From contig NQJD01000008.1 in assembly GCA_004284765.1 (NCBI GenBank), positions 60,001-92,000 on the forward strand: a DNA stretch of 32,000 nucleotides. The letters run 5' to 3'. Position 1 is the stretch's first letter. The number at the start of each line of letters is the position of its first letter. Positions 7,892 through 17,133 of this stretch are shown here, piece after piece. This stretch comes from Candidatus Electronema aureum (GTDB taxonomy: Bacteria; Desulfobacterota; Desulfobulbia; Desulfobulbales; Desulfobulbaceae). The translations under genes and the position numbers were made by a program. The notes beneath the pieces were generated by a model. It was not told where the DNA came from. It saw nothing but the letters and a program-made list of their open reading frames with translations, and ran no database searches.

Positions 7892-7962
7892 GAGCTGTGA
7901 TGCTGTCTTCCAGGAGTACCAAGCAGATGTGATATGGTGAGTGCGAAGCCCCGCGCGCCCCC

Positions 7963-9282
7963 TTATTCAATATTCCCGCTCCGCTGCACCCGTGCTGTGC
8001 TCTCTGGGGCAATGTACCATGCTCCCCCAGTATTGCCACGAAGGTCATTATCCTCGAAGATGCCGCCTCCATCTAAAATCACCGCAATACCCACACTGCT
8101 GTTCTGCGTGATGCGGTTGCGGCGCAGGATCGGGTTGCTGTCTGTCCTAATAATTAAGTTGCCGCCTGTCGTAATTACGCCTGGCATGATCTCCACGCCA
8201 GGCCCCTCATTGGCGAATATCTCGTTGTCCTCCAGCGTCGCTTGGCTGTTCCTCATATAAATGCCGCCTCCGCTGTATATCGACGAAAGAAAACCAAAGC
8301 GGCCATTCATAAAGATACGGTTGCGGCGCAGGGTTGGGTTGCTGCCTGACATGATAATACCGTATAGTACGCCGTCAAATATCTCGTTGTCCTCCAGCGT
8401 CCCTTGACCATTCTCCATAAAGATACAGTAACACCTAATGTGCAACTCTTTTTAGCTTACAAGTTACACGAAATATCCTCTTGAAAATACAGGAATTGTA
8501 CTGAACAGCCGATATTGAAAACACCAGAGATCGTATGCGCAATGGGTTTGCTTTAAAACATTTCAGCAAATGAGAGCCTACTGTTTCCCGGCAAACTTCC
8601 TGATTATGTGCAGACGGCGAGATGCCCAAGTTGGGATCACAATCAAATTAAAATTGCAGTAAGACTGTCTTCAGCGACACACTATCCCAAAAAGAGTTGC
8701 ACATTAGGTACAGTAACTATTCCCGCCATGAATGCGACAGCGGCGGATGAGTGGAGTTGCGCCCTTGTGGATTCTCACGCAGTCATTACCGCTGCCTGAA
8801 ATGTCGCAATCCTCTAGTTCAAGCTTGCCCTTGGCAATCGCGACACAGCAATACAGAGTTAGGTTGGCGATCCGTCCATTCTCTGCGTCAAACCGAACGG
8901 CATTGCTGCCATCACCTGCAATCATAATGTCGCTTCGCTCCCCTTCTCCTATGATCTCGACTGGTTTGTCAATCACTATGCTTTCTTTGTACAAACCAGG
9001 CCGAACAAAGATTCGGGTGCCTGCTTTTACGGCCTTTAGCGCATTAGTGATTGTTGCATAGTCGTCGTGATTGGACGAATCCACCACCACGGTTGGTGGC
9101 CCGTTCGCATACTTATCATCCTTATTCACATAGCTCAGAAAGGCAAGTGGTGTCCGGCTCAATTCGGGTTCCTCCGCAGCGGTGTTGGTTGCTTGTTCCT
9201 GCATCAGCCGCATAATAACTGCGTTTCTGCCGCGCTGCAAGCGGTTCAGACTGCGGCGCGGCTGGTGACGGCACGGCATCAC
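7963..9282 (-). pseudogene. Right-handed parallel beta-helix repeat protein, interrupted by a MITE-like insertion
   Basis: The N-terminal part (8704..9282) contains TRIFVRPGLYKESIVIDKPVEIIGEG and beta-helix turns. The C-terminal part (7963..8445) contains repeated ATLEDNEIF / NPxLRRNRI turns. Removing 8433..8709 plus one copy of the 8-bp duplication rejoins them in frame as ...IHGGNSYC-IFMENGQGTLEDNEIF..., about 344 aa. Confidence 0.85.
8433..8709. mobile_element. 277-bp non-autonomous MITE-like element with 21-bp perfect TIRs and an 8-bp target-site duplication
   Basis: The left TIR ACCTAATGTGCAACTCTTTTT (8433..8453) is the exact reverse complement of 8689..8709. The direct repeat ACAGTAAC flanks it at 8425..8432 and 8710..8717. 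It has no transposase-sized ORF. The host frame terminates at a TAA inside the TIR. Confidence 0.88.
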
Positions 9283-9604
9283 TGCCAGCGACGGCCTGCT
9301 ATCATCCTCAGTGATGCTACGCTGCCACCCTAAGCAACACTATGCTGTCACTGCACGCGCCAGTGTAGGGGGAAAAATCTTTTACCCTTGTTGGCAATAC
9401 CGGGCCGGTGCAGGAACATCACGCCCAACTCCCCAAGGCAACGCGGCAGCGGAGGGCTTGCAAAGCGTCTCCACTCTGCAAGCCGGACACAAAAAAGGCT
9501 TGCCTGTAGCGCCCATCTTCATTAATGTTCGGGCTATTTCTTTTCTGCGCAGACCCGTACTTTTTGCCCAAGGCCAAGCCGCTGAATCCTGCCGAGACTC
9601 CATC

Positions 9605-10411
9605 ATGACTCTGCCCCGCATGACGACAGAAATTCTTCCCGACATTCAGAAGATGGGGGATTCGAGAGGTATTGCCATCAATAAGGTTGGCATCAAGAAC
9701 TTTCGTTTACCAGTCTATGTGCAAGATCGGCTGAATAAAGGCCAGCATACTATTGCAGACTGTAGCATGTATGTGAATCTTCCCTGCGATTTCAAGGGAA
9801 CGCACATGTCGCGCTTTGCAGAAATCCTCCATGCGGAAGAATTTGCAGTCACGCTGCATTCTGTGAAAGATACCCTGCTGAAAATGACCCAGTTGCTTGA
9901 TGCCAGAGACGCATATCTGGAGTTAGCCTTCTGCTATTTCATCAAGAAGAACGCACCGGTCTCCGGCATTGCCAGCATGATGGATTACAAAGTAACCCTG
10001 ATGGGCGAGCTTGTTGACGGGAAGTATGCAATCTTCATCAAGGCCGTGGTGCCGATCACCAGTCTCTGTCCCTGCTCAAAGGAAATTTCGCAGTACGGTG
10101 CGCATAATCAGCGTTCTTATGTTACCGTAACGGTAGAGCTGAAGAAGTTTGTTTGGATCGAGGAAATCATCAGAATCATCGAAGACTCTGGTTCTTGTGA
10201 GGTCTATGGCATCCTCAAGCGGCCTGATGAGAAGTATGTGACCGAGAAAGCCTACGATAATCCCAAGTTTGTCGAGGATATCGTCCGAGATATTGCTGTG
10301 CGTCTGAATCAAGACGACCGCATTGTCGCTTATGTAGTAAAATCAGAGAACGTTGAATCGATTCATAATCATTCCGCCATCGCGGTGATCACCCGTGATA
10401 AGCGGCAATGA
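9605..10411 (+). CDS. folE2: GTP cyclohydrolase IB (FolE2/MptA family, DUF198)
   Basis: LPDIQ...RGIAINKVGIKNFRLPV, GTHMSRF, ITSLCPCSKEIS..GAHNQRS and ENVESIHNHSA are hallmarks I recognise for FolE2. I place the start at ATG 9605 (MTLPRMTTEILPDIQ). The 98-codon upstream extension in the ORF track is unlikely to be translated. Confidence 0.9.
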   Translation: MTLPRMTTEILPDIQKMGDSRGIAINKVGIKNFRLPVYVQDRLNKGQHTIADCSMYVNLPCDFKGTHMSRFAEILHAEEFAVTLHSVKDTLLKMTQLLDARDAYLELAFCYFIKKNAPVSGIASMMDYKVTLMGELVDGKYAIFIKAVVPITSLCPCSKEISQYGAHNQRSYVTVTVELKKFVWIEEIIRIIEDSGSCEVYGILKRPDEKYVTEKAYDNPKFVEDIVRDIAVRLNQDDRIVAYVVKSENVESIHNHSAIAVITRDKRQ

Positions 10412-10417
10412 ATCGTG

Positions 10418-11695
10418 CTAACGCCTTTTTTTGCTTTTCTTCTTAACCATCACCCGCTTGACTGACTTTCGCACCACGTTCTCCACGCCGCCGTTTTGCA
10501 GTAATGCCAGCACATCGTTGCGCCGATTAGCGGCTTGGTTGAGCAGAATCACATAGGCTTTGCCATCAACAAGATAGCCCGCGTAATTCCAAACTCCTTT
10601 CATACTGCCGGACTTGCTCGGCGTGCCAAGATGCTTGCGCAGCAACCAAGCGTGAGGTCGGAACGCTCGCAGCACTTCCAGCATCGCCCGCGCTGTCACC
10701 CGGTCGCCACGATATAGGCCGGAGCCATCCTTGTGAATAAGAGCAGCAGCGGTTTGCTGGCCGAGCTGTCGCTCCAACTCCTGATGTACAGCCCGATCTG
10801 CCTTGCTCCACGTTGCGGGCCAGCCGAATTCTTCCGCACCAACTGCCAGATAAACCAGATTAGAGATAAAATTGGAGGAGTATTTGAGGAAGGAGGAAGT
10901 CAGTTCCTGCAAGTTCTTGCTGCTGCGGTGCTCGTAGAACAGTTTGACATCAGGCGGCACTTGCTTTAGGCTCAAATGACCTTGGCCGGGAATGCCTGCT
11001 TCCTGCTGGAGAGCACGGAAAAGTTGGGCCGTGTAGCGGGCCATTTCCCGGTTAGCATTGCAGCGGCCCCGGCAGATGTTGATCCGCGTCCACGTGCTAG
11101 GCGGCAGACCCGCCGCCAGCTCTGTCATCAGCGGCAGCAGCGGAGTATGCTCTTCGCCGGACGATACAAAGCCTTCTCGCGTCACCCGCACTGGCACGCT
11201 ATTGAAGTTGACCGCTGTCGGGCCGACCGGCGCGTCATAGGGATTGTCGCTAAACTCGCTGCCCGGCGACTGGTATTCAAGAGCGAAATTAGAGGGATCA
11301 ATGTAGATGGCATTAACCTGCCGCAGGCCGCGCTGCTTGAGTTCGGCGAAAATGAGGCGGATTTCCTCCGAGGTCAGCATGGGGTCGCCGAAACCTTGGA
11401 TATAGAGACCGTCCTCCGCATCTGTGTAGAAACGGGTCTTGAAGCGGTATTCCGGCCCCAGAATGGCCAGCGCGGCCAGCGCGGTCGGCACCTTGAGGAT
11501 GCTGGCCGGGATGTAGGGCGTGTCAATATTGCAGCTCTCGACGATGTTGCCTTGCAGATCGGCGACCGCATACGCGCCGTTCTGAATCAGTCCGGCATAG
11601 GGCGGCGGGCAGTCGGCGGCAAGGGCGTTTTGGCCGACGGCAAGCAGCAGGGTTAAAAAAAGAGGAACTATATTGGAACACATGGTCTTCCGCAT
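10418..11695 (-). CDS. dacB: D-alanyl-D-alanine carboxypeptidase/endopeptidase (PBP4, peptidase S13)
   Basis: Signal peptide, then SxxK (PASILKVPTA), SxN (YSSNFISN) and a KTG-like motif (KSGSMKG). The size is typical for PBP4. The likely start is ATG 11695 (MRKTMCSNIVPLFL). Confidence 0.85.
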   Translation of the reverse strand: MRKTMCSNIVPLFLTLLLAVGQNALAADCPPPYAGLIQNGAYAVADLQGNIVESCNIDTPYIPASILKVPTALAALAILGPEYRFKTRFYTDAEDGLYIQGFGDPMLTSEEIRLIFAELKQRGLRQVNAIYIDPSNFALEYQSPGSEFSDNPYDAPVGPTAVNFNSVPVRVTREGFVSSGEEHTPLLPLMTELAAGLPPSTWTRINICRGRCNANREMARYTAQLFRALQQEAGIPGQGHLSLKQVPPDVKLFYEHRSSKNLQELTSSFLKYSSNFISNLVYLAVGAEEFGWPATWSKADRAVHQELERQLGQQTAAALIHKDGSGLYRGDRVTARAMLEVLRAFRPHAWLLRKHLGTPSKSGSMKGVWNYAGYLVDGKAYVILLNQAANRRNDVLALLQNGGVENVVRKSVKRVMVKKKSKKRR

Positions 11696-11728
11696 GTTCA
11701 ATCACTTGGGCTGAGAACTGCCCTCACG

Positions 11729-12019
11729 TCAGCTGTCAAATCTTTTGAGAGCCATCTTGTACACTTGGCTTTTATCCCGCTTGCCCACAGCGATGACTGC
11801 CACAACCAGCTCTTTGTCGCGCAACTGATAAACAAGACGATATCCGGCTCTGAGAAGTTTGATCTTGTAACAATCCTTCATGCCACTGAGCTGCGCACTT
11901 TGCACCCTCGGTTGCTCAAGCCGTTCTTTGAGTTTCTTGGCAAAGAGCGAACGGACGGTTTCATCCAAGCTGTCCCATTCTTTCTTAGCCTCCTGCTTGA
12001 AGACTAGCTTAAAGGTCAT
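11729..12019 (-). CDS. relE: RelE/StbE-family type II toxin
   Basis: MTFKLVFKQEAKKEWDSLD...FAKKLKERLEQPRV...YKIKLLRAGYRLVYQLRDKELVVAVIAVGKRDKSQVY is a typical RelE/ParE-fold pattern. The ATG at 12019 overlaps the 3' end of the upstream antitoxin gene. Confidence 0.85.
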   Translation of the reverse strand: MTFKLVFKQEAKKEWDSLDETVRSLFAKKLKERLEQPRVQSAQLSGMKDCYKIKLLRAGYRLVYQLRDKELVVAVIAVGKRDKSQVYKMALKRFDS

Positions 12020-12263
12020 CAAGCTTTACCTCAATCTCAGGTTGGCTTTCCCGCCTCCTGACAAGTTCGGCCAGCTCGACATCTTCCAGTCTGTCCAACA
12101 GCATTTCGTAAAGCTCTGCCGGGACTGCATAGAATGCCGGTTCGTCATGATGAAGAATAACAACCGGAGCACCATGTCCCTGCTGAAGCACGGCTAAAGG
12201 ATTTTTCTGTAGTTCGCTTATTCCGGCACTGACATCGGCCAAGATTGAACGTGTGCGAGCCAT
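12009..12263 (-). CDS. Phd/YefM (StbD/RelB-like) type II antitoxin
   Basis: Strong RBS AAGGAGGA. The pattern ISELQKNPLAVLQQGHGAPVVILHHDEPAFYAVPAELYEML is followed by an acidic C-terminus. It overlaps the relE-like gene. Confidence 0.8.
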   Translation of the reverse strand: MARTRSILADVSAGISELQKNPLAVLQQGHGAPVVILHHDEPAFYAVPAELYEMLLDRLEDVELAELVRRRESQPEIEVKLDDL

Positions 12264-12418
12264 GATGAGTTCCTCCTTCGCATCAGATGCGGCATGTTTT
12301 CAAATTGCTGTGGCTACAAGATACAGCGCGGAAGGAAAGGATGCAATCCGGCCAGTCGCTTGCGTTTGAGCAAGCACTTGGAAAAAATAGCAGGATAGTT
12401 ATTTATAAAATATAAAAT

Positions 12419-13525
12419 TTACCATCCTAATAAATTAAACACACATTCGTTTGCACTTACAGCATCTGCCAAGTTGGTTTGAAATTTAAAAAAAGATGAA
12501 AATATGCTACCCCATCCTGCTTCATATGAAATATTTATTTGTTTTCCGCAGAATTGGTATGTCGCAAATGTATTTGCTGCACCTATAAAATTATTAATTA
12601 AAATTACATTTCCTATAAAAGGGAGTCTTGAGAGAGGAAACTTTGTTGAAAAAACAGAAACGGCATCAGAAATACAAGTTATAACTGAGGACATGTCGCA
12701 GTATGCTTCTTTATAGCTCTTTCCAAGATTTCTTTCTCCGCATATTTTATTTAAATATTCGTCAACAACAGGAAATTCTTGAGTAGATGCATTGTATTCT
12801 GTTCCAGAATTTAGCCTGTCTTGGCATTTTTTAAAAAAATCACTACTGTCATCTTGATATATTTCAGAATAATGTATCATTTTAGATAAAACCCCTAACC
12901 ATCCACTCCATTTATACCACGCTTCAGAACATTCTCTATACCATTCTCTATAGCATTGACTGTTTTCGTCAACATGATCACAAAATCTACTTGCGCTTGC
13001 AAGTGAATACAGGTAACTGCCATTGCCTGTATCATATCTGTTAACCTCGCACGCATAAAGCATATCTATATCATGCGTTGTTGTTACGCTGCAATTATTA
13101 ATGAATAATTGCATTATTTCGAAATAATCATCACTCTGTCTTATTAATTTTTCAAAATAGCTTGACATATAATGAGACTCGCAGAAAGAAGTAAGTCTTT
13201 CGATAGATTCGTAATTTTCTTTGTAATTTTGTATGAAAAATTCTTTATTATAATTTAGAACAACTGGAATTCCAGCTACGCGTTTTGATAATGGAAATAT
13301 CAAACAAAAAGAAAGACTTTCTATTTTATTTCTTATTTCTTCTTCTTTTCTTCTTCTCATCTCTTTATCCTTATCGTCAAAAAATGCTGCACCCGCAGAA
13401 GAGACTAATAGGACAAACAGGAAGGCAAGAAAAAATGAGCAGCGGGACAGGAAAGATATAGACCGCAAAGACATGATCATTCTCCAAAAAAGAGTGTTAC
13501 GGAGCGGACAAGCAGGACTTTTCAT
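12419..13525 (-). CDS. Orphan Cys-rich protein with an N-terminal signal or anchor, encoded in a strongly AT-rich island
   Basis: A long ORF lies in a segment (about 12360..13530) whose base composition is far more AT-rich than its flanks. The N-terminal hydrophobic segment is FFLAFLFVLLVSSAGA. The protein has many Cys, Tyr and Asn. I recognise no family. The start is uncertain (M at 13525, or MSLRS about 18 codons in). Confidence 0.6.
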   Translation of the reverse strand: MKSPACPLRNTLFWRMIMSLRSISFLSRCSFFLAFLFVLLVSSAGAAFFDDKDKEMRRRKEEEIRNKIESLSFCLIFPLSKRVAGIPVVLNYNKEFFIQNYKENYESIERLTSFCESHYMSSYFEKLIRQSDDYFEIMQLFINNCSVTTTHDIDMLYACEVNRYDTGNGSYLYSLASASRFCDHVDENSQCYREWYRECSEAWYKWSGWLGVLSKMIHYSEIYQDDSSDFFKKCQDRLNSGTEYNASTQEFPVVDEYLNKICGERNLGKSYKEAYCDMSSVITCISDAVSVFSTKFPLSRLPFIGNVILINNFIGAANTFATYQFCGKQINISYEAGWGSIFSSFFKFQTNLADAVSANECVFNLLGW

Positions 13526-13550
13526 ATCACATTGGCGCGGTTAGGGCAAT

Positions 13551-13587
13551 AAAAAAGGTGCGGCCTTTGCGAGCCTGTACCTTTTTT
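13551..13587 (-). terminator. Possible intrinsic terminator after the radical-SAM gene
   Basis: AAAAAAGGTGCGGC-ctttgcga-GCCTGTACCTTTTTT is an imperfect hairpin flanked by A and T runs, 27 nt downstream of the stop at 13614. Confidence 0.35.
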
Positions 13588-13613
13588 CAGCACGGTAACA
13601 TGGCGTGGGATCC

Positions 13614-16139
13614 CTACGCCTCCCTCACCCCCGCCTTCACAATCCTTACCAACTCCGCCTGCTCGTCCTTCAAGCCAAAGACCGCTGCCAGCACATCCCT
13701 TGGCCCGACACCCGCTTCAGCGCAGGGATGATAGAGATCAAGCAGCAGCCTGCCGCCTTCGCCCAGCTTTAGCTTCCTGACGAACTCCTTCAGATCAAAC
13801 TCACGGCTTTTGCCCTTGCGGCGGCGTGCCAGCAAGAAGCGTTCCGCGACCTGAAAGGCGGCGATGCTGTCTCTTGCCTGCTCGGCATCCACGCCGTCCG
13901 GCAGCAGGCAGTCATAGCTGATGATCTCGTTGACCGGGGCCTTTTTCTTGGCAAAAGCAAGGGCAGTGATGGCCATGAAGCTCGGCAGCTGGCGGTTCAG
14001 CTCGGCCAGCATCTCTGCCGGGCGGCGGATGGGTTCAGCGAGATCAACCTCGAAGAACTCGATCTCGCTTTCCACTCCAACCGGCAAGGCCGGGCTGAAG
14101 GAGACCTTGGGCGTGGGATTGAAGCCCTGCGAGAAGAGCACCGGCAGCCCGGCTCGCTGCAAGGCGCGGAAGACGAGGTTGAGCAGCTCCAGATGACCAA
14201 TGAAGCGGCCATCGCCAAGGCGGGAGTAATCGGCGCGATAGCGGAAAATGGTCGGCTGACTGTTCTTGTCGCGCTCTTGCTTATGAACCGCAGGCGCGGC
14301 GCTTGCTGCTGCCTCCTTTGGCGGATTGACCAACGGCCTGATGCTCTTGAAATCACAGAGGCCGCAGTTCTGGCAACCTTGGTTGCGGCAGTCCGGGGTA
14401 TAGGCGCGCTCTATGGCCCGCTCGTATTCGCGCTCCAAGAAACCGCGGTCAACACCGCTGCTGAGGTGATCCCAGGGCAGGACTTCGCTGCGGTCGCGCT
14501 GGCGCAGGTAGAATTCGAGGTCAATGCCCGCCCGTTCCGCCGCCTGCTGCCAGCGGGCCAGCGAGAAATGCTCGTTCCAGCCGTCGAGCCGCGCTCCGTC
14601 CCGCCATGCCTCTTCCAATAAACGCGAGAGCCTGCGGTCGCCGCGCGAGAACACGCCTTCGAGCAGGCATTGCTCCGGGTCATGCCACTTCAGTTTGTAG
14701 CCCTTGGGCGGCAGCTTCTTCATCAGCCGCTGGATGCGCTCTTTCGACTCATCGAGCGAAATCTGGCCGCACCACTGGAACGGCGTGTGCGGCTTTGGCA
14801 CAAATGTGGAGACGGCCACATTGATGTCCGCCTTCTTGCCGCTCGCCTCACGCCGCGCCCGCGCCGCCAAGTCAACTATCGCGTCCACATCCTCCAGCGT
14901 CTCGGTGGGCAGGCCGATCATGAAATAAAACTTGAGCACGCTCCAGCCTGCATTGAAGGCATCACGGCAGCCAGCGAGCAAGTCGGCCTCGGTGATGCCC
15001 TTGTTGATCACCTCGCGCAGCCGATCAGTGCCTGCTTCCGGCGCGACCGTGAAGCCGGTCTTGCGCACACGCCTGATCTGGGCGATGACCTCCGGCGTGA
15101 GCGTGCCAACGCGCATCGAGGGAAGGGAGATAGAAACGCGCTCCTCGGCAAAGCGGTCCATCAGCTTGGTCAGCAGCTCCGGCAGGCAGGAGTAGTCGCC
15201 AGTGGAGAGCGAGAGCAGGGCCAGCTCGCCAAAGCCGGAGTTCTGAATGCCCTGCTCGGCCAGCTGCATCACCTGCTCGACCGTGCGTTCGCGCACCGGG
15301 CGGTAGATCATCCCGGCCTGGCAGAAGCGGCAGCCGCGTGTGCAGCCCCGCGCAATCTCCACGCCGAGGCGGTCATGCACCGGCTTGACCATCGGCACGA
15401 GTGGGCGTTCGAGCAGCTCGGTCGGCGGCAGTTGGGAAACAATGCGGCGGCGGATTGTTGCATAGCCCGGCTTGAGCGGGAGGACAGCCTTGAGCTGCTG
15501 GCCTTCATACTGTGGCGTAAAGAACGCAGGCACGTACACGCCCTCGATCGCCGCCAGCCGATGCAGCTTTGCGCTGCGGGACAAGCCTTCCTGCTTGGCA
15601 GCACGCAAGGCAGCGGCGATCTCCAGAATCACCTCCTCGCCGTCGCCCAAGACAATGGCATCGAAGAAGTCGGCCAGCGGCTCCGGGTTCATCGAGCAGG
15701 AGCCGCCGCCGATGACCAAGGGCGCGTCCTCGCCGCGCTCTGCCGCCCGCAGCGGAATTTGCGCCAGATCAAGCACGGTGAGGATGTTGCTGAAGCACAG
15801 CTCATAGGGCAGCGTGAAGCCGATGACATCGAAGGCCGCCAAGGGCCGCCGCGACTCCAGCGAGAAGAGCGGCAGCTTGTGGCGGCGGAGCTGCTCCTCC
15901 ATGTCCGTGTCCGGGCAAAAGCAGCGTTCAGCAGCCAAGCCAGGCTCGCGGTTGAGGATATGATAGAGTATCTGCAAGCCTTGGTGCGACGTGCCGATCT
16001 CGTACAAGTCCGGGAAGATGAGCGCGAAGGCGAGATCAACCGCCGCGTAATCAGGCCGCGCCGCGTGCAGCTCGCCGCCGATGTAGCGGCCCGGCTTGCG
16101 CACCAAGGGAAGGATGGAGTCGAGGGAGAGTGTATTCAT
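13614..16139 (-). CDS. B12-binding-domain-type radical SAM protein fused to a DUF2344-like C-terminal domain (TIGR03960/TIGR03936-like)
   Basis: Radical-SAM cluster motif GCTRGCRFCQAG. The N-terminus LPLVRKPGRYIGGELH is typical of this family. At 841 aa it is consistent with the fused form. Confidence 0.88.
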   Translation of the reverse strand: MNTLSLDSILPLVRKPGRYIGGELHAARPDYAAVDLAFALIFPDLYEIGTSHQGLQILYHILNREPGLAAERCFCPDTDMEEQLRRHKLPLFSLESRRPLAAFDVIGFTLPYELCFSNILTVLDLAQIPLRAAERGEDAPLVIGGGSCSMNPEPLADFFDAIVLGDGEEVILEIAAALRAAKQEGLSRSAKLHRLAAIEGVYVPAFFTPQYEGQQLKAVLPLKPGYATIRRRIVSQLPPTELLERPLVPMVKPVHDRLGVEIARGCTRGCRFCQAGMIYRPVRERTVEQVMQLAEQGIQNSGFGELALLSLSTGDYSCLPELLTKLMDRFAEERVSISLPSMRVGTLTPEVIAQIRRVRKTGFTVAPEAGTDRLREVINKGITEADLLAGCRDAFNAGWSVLKFYFMIGLPTETLEDVDAIVDLAARARREASGKKADINVAVSTFVPKPHTPFQWCGQISLDESKERIQRLMKKLPPKGYKLKWHDPEQCLLEGVFSRGDRRLSRLLEEAWRDGARLDGWNEHFSLARWQQAAERAGIDLEFYLRQRDRSEVLPWDHLSSGVDRGFLEREYERAIERAYTPDCRNQGCQNCGLCDFKSIRPLVNPPKEAAASAAPAVHKQERDKNSQPTIFRYRADYSRLGDGRFIGHLELLNLVFRALQRAGLPVLFSQGFNPTPKVSFSPALPVGVESEIEFFEVDLAEPIRRPAEMLAELNRQLPSFMAITALAFAKKKAPVNEIISYDCLLPDGVDAEQARDSIAAFQVAERFLLARRRKGKSREFDLKEFVRKLKLGEGGRLLLDLYHPCAEAGVGPRDVLAAVFGLKDEQAELVRIVKAGVREA

Positions 16140-16201
16140 GTCGTGTTATGTGAAAGCAGCCTGTGACCTTTTCTGGTTCTCCAGATAAAAGGCCGATAAG
16201 A

Positions 16202-16762
16202 TTAAGGCAAGGTGTTCGCAGGATGCTTGACGTGGATCAGCTTGGTGGTGTCAAAGCCGCGCTGCCGCGCCTGCTCAATGAAACGGGCCAGCAGCTCCGG
16301 CTCCACGGTCGGCGTGCGCGCGAGCAGCCAGAGATAGGAGTGATCCGGGCCGGAGACAAAGGCGTATTGATAGTTCTCCTTGTCCAGCTCGAAGATGACG
16401 TAGGAGCCGTAGAACGGGCCGAAGAAGGAGACCTTCAGATAGCCGGTGCCCGGCTCATCGACAAAGAACGCCTTGCCTTCCGCCTCCTTCCATTCCCCTT
16501 TGGCCGTGAGGAAGCCGCGATTCCTGACCGCCACGCCGCCGCCGTCGCGTAACGAGTATTCAGCGGTAACGCGCTCCATGCCCCGCTCAAACGAGTGATC
16601 CAGCCGGGCGATCTCGTACCATTTGCCCAAGTAGCGGCTGAGTTCAAAGCCGCTCACCGGGCTGACATTCTTCGGCATCCCAAGGCAGCCGCCGAGCGTC
16701 AGGGCGGCAAGCAGGGAAAGGCATCTGCGCAGGTTCATTGGTTTCATCGGTGCTTGTCTCAT
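16202..16762 (-). CDS. blc: Bacterial outer-membrane lipocalin Blc
   Basis: Lipobox LTLGGC. The lipocalin motif GKWYEIARLDHSFERG is followed by YLWLLARTP. The start could be an internal M (MKPMNLRR). Confidence 0.9.
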   Translation of the reverse strand: MRQAPMKPMNLRRCLSLLAALTLGGCLGMPKNVSPVSGFELSRYLGKWYEIARLDHSFERGMERVTAEYSLRDGGGVAVRNRGFLTAKGEWKEAEGKAFFVDEPGTGYLKVSFFGPFYGSYVIFELDKENYQYAFVSGPDHSYLWLLARTPTVEPELLARFIEQARQRGFDTTKLIHVKHPANTLP

Positions 16763-16849
16763 TGTTTGCCAGTTATAATGTCTGCCTGACCCGAATGCGC
16801 CTTCACTTCCTTGTCAAAGGGTGCTGCAACTTCTCCATCTGATAAAGAA

Positions 16850-17021
16850 TCTGCAAGCCTTGGTGCGATATGCCGATTTCGTACAAATCCGGGAAGATGA
16901 GCGCGAAGGCGAGATCAACTGTCGCGTAGTCAGGACGCGCCGCGTGCAGCTCGCCGCCGATGTAGCGGCCCGGCTTGCGCACCAAGGGGAGGATGGAGTC
17001 TAAGGAAAGGGCGGTGTTCAT
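16850..17021 (-). pseudogene. Duplicated 5' fragment (about 57 codons) of the radical-SAM gene
   Basis: Nucleotide similarity to 15971..16139 is roughly 90-95% by eye. The fragment translates as MNTALSLDSILPLVRKPGRYIGGELHAARPDYATVDLAFALIFPDLYEIGISHQGLQILY, against MNTLSLDSILPLVRKPGRYIGGELHAARPDYAAVDLAFALIFPDLYEIGTSHQGLQILY in the intact gene. Homology is lost after that. Confidence 0.88.
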
Positions 17022-17133
17022 CAAGTGTCCTTGACAGTGGGAGCGGCGGAACGCGCCATGCGGCCTGCCTGTTGAGAGATGTCACCTCTCCTATACGGTG
17101 GAGAAAAGCAAGCAGAACAGCAGGGAAAATTGG

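Noticed and set aside
9311-9604. 98-codon N-terminal extension of the folE2 ORF.
   Set aside because: The extension has no FolE2 similarity, and the start in the ORF track is probably a non-ATG codon. The conserved domain begins right after ATG 9605. The region is more likely the divergent promoter region shared with the beta-helix gene.
12398-12421. An AT-rich string (TTATTTATAAAATA...) is shared with 26780..26800, which could mean the two AT-rich islands are related.
   Set aside because: Only about 14 nt match exactly, in extremely low-complexity A/T sequence. That is insufficient without a proper alignment.
14670-16166. 498-aa ORF on the + strand, plus several other + strand ORFs between 13921 and 16552.
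   Set aside because: It is entirely antisense to the well-supported radical-SAM and blc genes. Its Arg/Ala/Gln-rich composition is typical of antisense frames in GC-rich coding DNA, and it has no recognisable motifs.
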